The position numbers were made by a program, and so were the translations under genes. Below are positions 17,716-23,974 of a stretch of 64,000 nt of DNA, piece after piece (positions within the stretch are counted from its first letter, which is position 1; the number at the start of each line of letters is the position of its first letter). The notes under the pieces are model-generated. The model had not been told where the DNA came from and made no database searches. It worked only from the letters and a program-made list of their open reading frames with translations. Origin of the DNA: an uncultured Acidobacteriota bacterium (GTDB lineage Bacteria; Acidobacteriota; Terriglobia; Terriglobales; Acidobacteriaceae); contig CAWAAB010000001.1 in the NCBI GenBank assembly GCA_963779945.1, positions 1,548,744 to 1,612,743 on the forward strand, written 5' to 3'.

Positions 17716-18621
17716 TCAGGCGATTTGGCCGGCAGCAGCGCGCAGAGGCACGGGCATAGGCCGAACGTCTTCCTCCAGCGTGGTTTCTTCCCACAGAGAG
17801 CGATCCCGCAACAGGCGGGAAACCAGGGCGGTATGCATGGCGTGGCCGGCGCGATCAGCGACCACGTTGCCCAGGATTTGCCGGCCCAGAAGCGCCAGAT
17901 CACCGATGAGGTCGAGCACCTTGTGACGAACGAATTCGTCGGCGAAGCGCAGCGGAGGGTTTTCCATTCCAGTGCGCGTCAGAACGATACAGTTATCGCG
18001 CGACGCGCCACGGATCAAACCCATGTCCCGCATGGCCTCTTCATCCTCCCGCGAACCGAAGGTGCGGGCGGGGGCAATTTCGCGCAGGTAGTTGCCGTCC
18101 TCTAAATCCACTCGGAAGCTTTCCTTGCCGATCAGCGGGTGCGGAAAGTTGATGGTATAGGAGACAGAATAGGTATCGGCGGGATAGACGGCGATGAACT
18201 TGTCGCCCTCGCGCAGTTCCAGCTCACGGCAGATGCGAAGATAGGTCCGGGCACGGCGTTGGGTGCGAATGCCGGCGTTCTTTATGAGCTCCACAAAGGG
18301 CCGGGCGCTGCCGTCAAGGATGGGAAGCTCCAGGTTGTCGAGTTCGACGATGGCGTTATCAATGCCGCTACCGATAAAGGCGGAGAGCAGATGCTCGGTG
18401 GTGGAAATCAGCACGCCCTTTTTCATCAGGCTGGTGGCGTAGCTGACGCGGGCCACGTTGCGGCCCGTGGCTTCGACTTCGAAACCGTCCAGGTCGGTGC
18501 GGCGGAAGACGATGCCGGAGCCTGCGGGGGCTGGAAGAATGCGCAAGTGGACCGGGGCACCGCTATGCAAACCCACACCCGCGCACTCCACGGCGGCACG
18601 AATTGTCTGCTCGTGTTTCAG
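17716..18621 (-). CDS. lpxC: UDP-3-O-acyl-N-acetylglucosamine deacetylase; start proposed at a CTG
   Basis: GVGLHSG...V.L...PA.AG.GI.FRRTDL signature. The conserved N-terminus extends upstream of the first GTG (18591). The frame opens at TAG 18637-18639, and CTG 18619-18621 is the only plausible initiator. Confidence 0.8.
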   Translation of the reverse strand: MKHEQTIRAAVECAGVGLHSGAPVHLRILPAPAGSGIVFRRTDLDGFEVEATGRNVARVSYATSLMKKGVLISTTEHLLSAFIGSGIDNAIVELDNLELPILDGSARPFVELIKNAGIRTQRRARTYLRICRELELREGDKFIAVYPADTYSVSYTINFPHPLIGKESFRVDLEDGNYLREIAPARTFGSREDEEAMRDMGLIRGASRDNCIVLTRTGMENPPLRFADEFVRHKVLDLIGDLALLGRQILGNVVADRAGHAMHTALVSRLLRDRSLWEETTLEEDVRPMPVPLRAAAGQIA

Positions 18622-18758
18622 AGTAAGCTTCGCTATCTATGGCGGTATGAGTAGATTAGCAGCGGAGGGGGAAATGTTGGCTGTGGCAAATTAGCCACAG
18701 TTCGTGGCTTTGCCTAACAACCCGCTTCTGCCCAATAACTTAGAAGTCTGCCCAATAA

Positions 18759-18950
18759 TCATTTTGACTCCCGTAGCGGTGTAGCGGATTTTTCCAACAA
18801 TGGCTGCCCGGCGGCACGTAGCTCCTCCAGGGTTTTCTTAGTTTTCCGCAATACCGTAATTCGTTGCTTCGCTCGATCAATTTGCTGACTGGCGTCTTGT
18901 ATTAAGTCGTCCCAAGTGGTTAACGGTTTACTCTTGACAGGCTGTTTCAC
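18759..18950 (-). CDS. Small hypothetical helical protein
   Basis: 63 aa, GTG start preceded by GGAGG 9 nt upstream. No family recognised. Confidence 0.45.
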   Translation of the reverse strand: MKQPVKSKPLTTWDDLIQDASQQIDRAKQRITVLRKTKKTLEELRAAGQPLLEKSATPLRESK

Positions 18951-18969
18951 GTATATTAACCTCCAAATC

Positions 18970-19521
18970 GTGCCTACCTACAACGAGATACTAAGCACGC
19001 TGCGGCAAAACGTTGAACATATGGTCGCTGAACATGCTGCTATCGGGAAAAAGATTACCAGCCTCATGAAGGCCATTGAAGCCGTTCAAGCCCTTGCAGC
19101 AGAGGAAGAACTCGTCATTCAGCCTCCAACCATGCCCCCCGAGATGGAGGCAGGTTTTACCGATAGGGTGCGAAACATTCTCAAAGCGAATCCATTCCGC
19201 CCGCTCACTGCCGTAGAGGTTAGGGACGTGCTTCTGAAGGAAACGCCTAAAGACGATCCCAAGGTGACGCTGATCCATGCCCACAACACGCTGAAGCGGC
19301 TGAAATCGCAGGACGAGGTTGACGAGAGTGATGCACCCGAAGGCCGAAAGGCCTATCGCATCAAAAGCCCCTACTCGTCGCTGGCGTCGTTGGTACTTGA
19401 GAACAGCGGATTTGCAGGAGCAGTAGGGACATTGATGGCAACACCACCACCGAAAACCTCTTTGGAGGATGCCATTAGCACTTTGATTCACGAACCGAAA
19501 GAGAAGAATAAAGCGAAATGA
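18970..19521 (+). CDS. Hypothetical protein with a possible winged-helix region
   Basis: LTAVEVRDVL....IHAHNTLKRLKSQDEV....GRKAYRIK resembles a wHTH. The start is uncertain (GTG 18970 or ATG 19021). Confidence 0.45.
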   Translation: MPTYNEILSTLRQNVEHMVAEHAAIGKKITSLMKAIEAVQALAAEEELVIQPPTMPPEMEAGFTDRVRNILKANPFRPLTAVEVRDVLLKETPKDDPKVTLIHAHNTLKRLKSQDEVDESDAPEGRKAYRIKSPYSSLASLVLENSGFAGAVGTLMATPPPKTSLEDAISTLIHEPKEKNKAK

Positions 19522-19609
19522 CTTGCAGAATTCAATTCTGAAAGGAGATTTGCAGTGCAGGTGGAGAGTCAAACGTTTGAGCACGTCCTCCCCACCCGCA
19601 CCCTTTAAC

Positions 19610-19717
19610 GAAGAGGTGGCAGAGCGGTTGATTGCAACGGCCTGCAAAGCCGTAGATCGGGCCTCACCTTTGCCGGAAACGCCTGATCCGAGGGTTCGAA
19701 TCCCTCCCTCTTCGCCA
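19610..19717 (+). tRNA. Class II (Ser-type body) tRNA with anticodon GCA and a 36-nt variable region; CCA encoded
   Basis: Hand-folded. Stems: 7-bp acceptor GAAGAGG/CCTCTTC, D stem GCAG/TTGC, anticodon stem ACGGC/GCCGT with loop CTGCAAA, T arm GAGGG-TTCGAAT-CCCTC. Discriminator is G, followed by CCA. Confidence 0.6.
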
Positions 19718-19738
19718 AACTTATGAAAGAACGGTCTA

Positions 19739-19894
19739 TCACGCCTTGAGCTTGTATTTACGTGGCTTATTCCAGTACGGACTCTTGCACGCGGGGCAGA
19801 CCCCAGGTTCGCCGACTGTGCTCTTTCGCGGCTCCCACTCATGGAAGCAACGGTTACATTTATATCCCTTTCTTTTGAGCGTAACCAGTGCCAT
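19739..19894 (-). CDS. 51-aa CxxC...CxxC zinc-ribbon protein (below the ORF-track cutoff)
   Basis: Translated by hand: MALVTLKRKGYKCNRCFHEWEPRKSTVGEPGVCPACKSPYWNKPRKYKLKA. AGGTG lies just upstream of the ATG. Confidence 0.5.
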   Translation of the reverse strand: MALVTLKRKGYKCNRCFHEWEPRKSTVGEPGVCPACKSPYWNKPRKYKLKA

Positions 19895-19922
19895 GCACCT
19901 AAGATACCAGATAATAAGATAT

Positions 19923-19948
19923 TGTCAAGGTACATTTTCTCCTTGACA
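19923..19948. promoter_or_regulatory. Inverted repeat TGTCAAGG-N10-CCTTGACA in the divergent region between the zinc-ribbon gene and the transposase gene
   Basis: Read directly. It lies in an AT-rich 100-nt divergent intergenic region. Confidence 0.35.
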
Positions 19949-19995
19949 GATATATACCTATCTAGTAATATATTTCTCAGGTAAGCGGAGGCTTT

Positions 19996-21225
19996 ATGGA
20001 AGCCAGACAGCAACGCGGACTTGAGATTGCGGCCACTACGAAGATTCGGCGGTATGGCGACCGCTGGCAAGTCCCGTCCCAAACGGGGAACGGGTTTTAC
20101 ATGGTGGACACGGAGCACGAAAAATGTTCTTGTCCCGATTGGGAAACTCGCCGACAGAACTGCAAACACATTTTTGCCGCTATTTACGTCATGAGACGCG
20201 AATACGATAAGCACGGGCAGATGCTCATAACCGAGACGGTTGCTCTGGCTAGCGTGGAGCAACGCCCAACGTATCCGCAAGTCTGGCAAGCCTACAATGC
20301 TGCACAGATCAACGAGAAGGATAGATTCCAGTCGCTCCTGTTCGACCTTTGCCGTGGAATCCAGCAGCCTCCCATTCAACGCACAGGCCGCCCCTCGTTG
20401 CCATTGGCCGATGCGATCTTTAGCGTGGCTTTCAAGGTCTATTCCACTGTTAGCGCTCGGCGCTTTATGAGTGATCTTCGGGCCGCACAAATAAACGGTT
20501 TCATCTCCAAGACTCCTCACTACAATTCCATTTTCAATTACCTTGAGAATCCAGAGATGACCCCTTTCCTTCGGACGCTCATTACTCAGAGCAGTCTGCC
20601 CCTGCAATCGGTAGAAACTGACTTTGCCGTGGATTCTTCCGGCTTCATGACTACCCGTTTCGTGCGCTGGTTTGATGTGAAGTATGGCAAGGAGCACTCC
20701 GAACGCGAATGGGTAAAATGTCACTTGATGTGCGGAGTCAAAACAAACATCGTCACGGCTGTCGAGATTGCCGATAAGCATGCCAGCGATGCTAGGCAAC
20801 TTCCGGCTCTCGTCGAAGCTACCGCAAAGAACTTCCGTGTCTCCGAAGTCTCCGCCGACAAAGCCTATGGCGGGAACCCTGCTACCGATGCAGTTGTCCA
20901 AGCTGGCGGTACGCCCTTCATTTCTTTCCGTGGCAACGCAACTGGCGGAGTCGGCGGCACATTCGGCCAGATGTTTCACTACTTCATGTTCAAGCGCGAG
21001 GAGTTCTTGCAGCACTACCACAAGCGCAGCAACGTAGAATCTACGTTCTCGATGATGAAGCGCAAGTTCGGAGACTCGCTTCGCAGCAAGACCGACGTAG
21101 CGATGGTCAACGAGACGCTTTGTAAGATTCTCTGTCATAATCTGGTCGTTCTAATCCACGAAATGTACGAACTCGGGATTGACCCCGTGTTTTGGAGCAA
21201 TCCTTCAACTAGCTATCAACAGTGA
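19996..21225 (+). CDS. IS4/IS5-superfamily DDE transposase with an N-terminal SWIM zinc finger
   Basis: CSCPDWETRRQNCKHIFA (SWIM CxC..CxH). DDE candidates are AVDSSG, SADKAY and NVESTF. YHKRSNVESTFSMMK matches the Y(2)R(3)E(6)K signature. GGAGG lies 7 nt upstream. Confidence 0.85.
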   Translation: MEARQQRGLEIAATTKIRRYGDRWQVPSQTGNGFYMVDTEHEKCSCPDWETRRQNCKHIFAAIYVMRREYDKHGQMLITETVALASVEQRPTYPQVWQAYNAAQINEKDRFQSLLFDLCRGIQQPPIQRTGRPSLPLADAIFSVAFKVYSTVSARRFMSDLRAAQINGFISKTPHYNSIFNYLENPEMTPFLRTLITQSSLPLQSVETDFAVDSSGFMTTRFVRWFDVKYGKEHSEREWVKCHLMCGVKTNIVTAVEIADKHASDARQLPALVEATAKNFRVSEVSADKAYGGNPATDAVVQAGGTPFISFRGNATGGVGGTFGQMFHYFMFKREEFLQHYHKRSNVESTFSMMKRKFGDSLRSKTDVAMVNETLCKILCHNLVVLIHEMYELGIDPVFWSNPSTSYQQ

Positions 21226-21902
21226 ACAGCGCACAGCGAAAGCAGCTCCATACGGCGATTCGGCAAGTGATTAACGAAGAGTTTCCTGAATTAGCATCAC
21301 CAGCACAAAGAGACCGTACGTCCCAGCCACAACCAGAACCAACCAAATCGGCAAAAGCCAAGGACAGCGTTCTATCCAACCCAAGTCGAAAACGTTATCT
21401 CCTAGGTCGCATTGCGAAAACAGTCGGTAAATTATTTGCATGGTGCGTTGCATCCCTCGGCGTACTGACAGGAGTGCTTTCGCTATCCCAGAGGATTGAG
21501 GTGTCACCGATGGAGCCAATTAACCCCTCCAATCCGCTGATCGTTCCCTTCTTGGTCACCAATGCTGGGCCATTCAAACTTTATGACGTTTCTTTTTCCT
21601 GCAACTTGCGCCACTTCGAGTATGAGAGGAACAGCGTTATAAACGGCCCTACGGCGGAATGGAATGCGACAACTCCGACCATGAGGGTAGGAGAACAAAC
21701 CACTGGTCAATGCTTTAGTTTTATCAAGGTAGAAGCCAAGCTCGTTAAGGGAGACCTCACAATCGAGATTGGGTTCAAAAACTCCTGGTGGAAGAGGAGA
21801 AAGACAAGAACATTTCGATTCATCACATGGACAGACAACGAAGGAAAACTCGTTTGGCGGCCCAAAGCGAGAGACGAGCCGGAGTTCGTCCAGGAGAAAT
21901 GA
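21222..21902 (+). CDS. Hypothetical single-pass membrane protein, start overlapping the transposase stop
   Basis: GTG 21222 overlaps TGA 21223-21225. One TM segment (LFAWCVASLGVLTGVLSL), then a beta-rich domain. No family recognised. Confidence 0.45.
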   Translation: MNSAQRKQLHTAIRQVINEEFPELASPAQRDRTSQPQPEPTKSAKAKDSVLSNPSRKRYLLGRIAKTVGKLFAWCVASLGVLTGVLSLSQRIEVSPMEPINPSNPLIVPFLVTNAGPFKLYDVSFSCNLRHFEYERNSVINGPTAEWNATTPTMRVGEQTTGQCFSFIKVEAKLVKGDLTIEIGFKNSWWKRRKTRTFRFITWTDNEGKLVWRPKARDEPEFVQEK

Positions 21903-21921
21903 AGTCTGCCCAAAAACTCCA

Positions 21922-22037
21922 CGTCCTGCCCATAAACTACTCACAGGACGCCCCTTTGTGGGCAAAGCCACAGTTCGTGGCTTTGCCCACAAACCGGGGC
22001 GGAAAAGCTGCCCGATGAGTAGTTTATGGGCAGGACG
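21922..22037. repeat. Nested palindrome: outer 22-bp perfect arms and inner 17-bp perfect arms around a 5-nt loop
   Basis: The outer arms are CGTCCTGCCCATAAACTACTCA (21922-21943) and its reverse complement at 22016-22037. The inner arms are TTTGTGGGCAAAGCCAC (21955-21971) and its reverse complement at 21977-21993. Confidence 0.85.
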
Positions 22038-22146
22038 CGGGGGTTTTGCGCAGCCTAGGCAATGTACGTTTGGCGTGTATTAGGAGTACGATCTCCGCGT
22101 CTGATGCTCTGGATATTGTTCGGAGATCGCTGCGGAGGTGTACGCG

Positions 22147-23034
22147 ATGGGTGGTAGTTGGCTCGTTGGGCCAGTATCAAGTCTTATTCTTGCAGCCTGC
22201 ACGATACTTCTTGAGCGAATCATGGAAGTGGTTGCTGGATGGCTTTTTGAAGTCGAGCACATATGGAGCAAAACTTGGCTCGGATATTGGCTGGTTACGA
22301 TCTCCTTCTGTGTATTCGGGTGGTTCCATTGGCATCTCCCGCCTTCTGGTTACGCAGTGGTCGGAATGGCTGTTGTGGCGGGCATAATGGCCATACGGCC
22401 AAAAATGGGGGGATGGGAAAGGTCTCTTTGGCTTGTTGTCTTAGCGTGTTTCGCGATTATTGAAATTAGAGCCATTAACCATGACAGGACAAAGCAAAAC
22501 GAAGACTTTAAGACAATTGCTGGCGGCCTGACGACAACCTTGAACCAAACGATGGGAGGCAGCAGCTATCCGAAATTTATCGCTACATTTCCGCCAGACC
22601 CCTCGAATAAGGAAATGTCGGTTTTGGTTATTACCCCAGGACAGTCATGGCCGCATGGTCATATCCCTGCCCCAGAGGAGGCTGCTCCACTTCCAGATGT
22701 CACCGTGGACGTGACTGAATGGGAGCACCACGCTAATCCCAGTGAAATTACCATGCCAGAACTGGAATCCGTTCTACACCCAACGCATTACAATCTCGGT
22801 ACTCTCAAGGTGCCCGGAACGTTCACGGCGCCGTTTAAGCTAGAAAAAGGGAAAAGGTACTCACTGCAAATAACAACTCGACGTGGAGAGTACCGAGAAG
22901 ACATACGGATCGACCGCGACCCTAAAGCGGCGGTGGGCTGGAAAGAGTCTTCGTGCGTGTATGGCAGGAGAACCATATATACCGATAAGACGGTCACTAG
23001 CCAAGAATACTTACTGGACGGAAAGTGTGATTAA
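22147..23034 (+). CDS. Hypothetical polytopic membrane protein with a soluble C-terminal domain
   Basis: GGAGG lies 8 nt upstream of ATG 22147. Four to five N-terminal hydrophobic segments. No family recognised. Confidence 0.5.
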   Translation: MGGSWLVGPVSSLILAACTILLERIMEVVAGWLFEVEHIWSKTWLGYWLVTISFCVFGWFHWHLPPSGYAVVGMAVVAGIMAIRPKMGGWERSLWLVVLACFAIIEIRAINHDRTKQNEDFKTIAGGLTTTLNQTMGGSSYPKFIATFPPDPSNKEMSVLVITPGQSWPHGHIPAPEEAAPLPDVTVDVTEWEHHANPSEITMPELESVLHPTHYNLGTLKVPGTFTAPFKLEKGKRYSLQITTRRGEYREDIRIDRDPKAAVGWKESSCVYGRRTIYTDKTVTSQEYLLDGKCD

Positions 23035-23083
23035 GCCGCCCAAAACACAGGGTCGATGCCGAGTTCGTTCATTTCGTGGTTAG

Positions 23084-23887
23084 TTACTTCCTAGGCGCGG
23101 GCTGGTTGGCGTAATACGTCACGCTGACGTTGAACAGGGAATCATTCAGGCCGGTGTTGTAGCGGATGGAGTTCAGGAAGCGCTGGCTGGCCATGTCCCC
23201 ATTGTAAAAACGGGTGACACTGAAGGGCGTCATCACGCCTTCGATCGGCTTGTAGTTGTCGTAGACTTCTTCTTCGATGTTACGTTCTTTGTCGGTGGGG
23301 TCGCGCCAGGAAAAGCTCTTCTTCACAGGGAGATGCGAAGTGGTGTCAAGGTAAAGATCGACGGACTGGTTTTTGGCGTTCACGAGCGTGACCTGCTGCG
23401 TGTCCTTCTCGGCGGCCACGGCGGGCCCGTCGTAAAACAAGGCCATGCCGGGTTCATGCAGCCACTTGCGCAGAACCCAATCCAGCGAATAGTTGCGGCG
23501 GCGGATAAAATCGGCGACGGTCTTGGGATCGTCGGAGCGGACGCCCTTGTAGGTGATCTCGAACCCTTCGTCTCCGCGATAAACGTAGGCCACGTCACGC
23601 TTCTTGGTGAGCTCAATCCGCTCTTTGTCGGGAAAGCGATAGAAACGCCAGAAAAGGCCGCCGGCGCCGCTGGGTTCGCCGTGATGAAAGCTGTAGGAAC
23701 GGCCTTGCTGGGTCATGTCCTCGATGTTGAGATAAGCGTTGCCCCCGAGAGCTTCGATGGCTTGGTCGAGCAGAGCACGGGCTTTGGCCGCGTTTTGCTG
23801 GTCAATGGGGATGGCGGGAGCGGCTGGAGGACTAGTCTGGGCCACCGCCATGGCGGCGAAAAGCAGGATGGAAAGAAAACGCTTCAT
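23084..23887 (-). CDS. Secreted hypothetical protein (possibly LolA-like fold)
   Basis: Signal peptide MKRFLSILLFAAMAVAQ. The fold assignment is only an impression. Confidence 0.6.
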   Translation of the reverse strand: MKRFLSILLFAAMAVAQTSPPAAPAIPIDQQNAAKARALLDQAIEALGGNAYLNIEDMTQQGRSYSFHHGEPSGAGGLFWRFYRFPDKERIELTKKRDVAYVYRGDEGFEITYKGVRSDDPKTVADFIRRRNYSLDWVLRKWLHEPGMALFYDGPAVAAEKDTQQVTLVNAKNQSVDLYLDTTSHLPVKKSFSWRDPTDKERNIEEEVYDNYKPIEGVMTPFSVTRFYNGDMASQRFLNSIRYNTGLNDSLFNVSVTYYANQPAPRK

Positions 23888-23974
23888 TCTTCTAGAGTAA
23901 GACGCTTAGTGATCCATTGTAGCTGCCTGGCGGCCCGCGCGACCCACGGGATTGATTGGCGCGCCGGCGTGCCC

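Larger units (their letters stand above)
18743..21913 (+). mobile_element. Putative ~3.2-kb insertion bounded by a 13-nt direct repeat GAAGTCTGCCCAA; carries a SWIM-DDE transposase, a tRNA gene and small ORFs
   Basis: Exact 13-mer at 18743-18755 and 21901-21913, each abutting the stop codon of an outermost ORF. The boundaries are a hypothesis. Confidence 0.35.

Noticed and set aside
19609-19717. An 8/4 or 9/3 allo-tRNA geometry for the island tRNA.
   Set aside because: An extra C19609-G19714 pair is possible at the top of the acceptor, but it would leave CAA instead of CCA at the 3' end. Shifting a T-stem pair into the acceptor creates a U-C mismatch. The canonical 7/5 fold with G73 and an encoded CCA fits best.
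19746-19946. A 66-aa plus-strand ORF between the tRNA and the transposase.
   Set aside because: The opposite strand encodes a much more protein-like CxxC...CxxC zinc-ribbon ORF with an RBS. The plus-strand translation has no recognisable features.
21769-22083. ORFs on both strands crossing the nested palindrome (for example 21788..22018 on the plus strand and 21504..21992 on the minus strand).
   Set aside because: They mirror each other (SLWAGRG on both strands) simply because the DNA is palindromic. They also overlap the better-supported gene 21222..21902.
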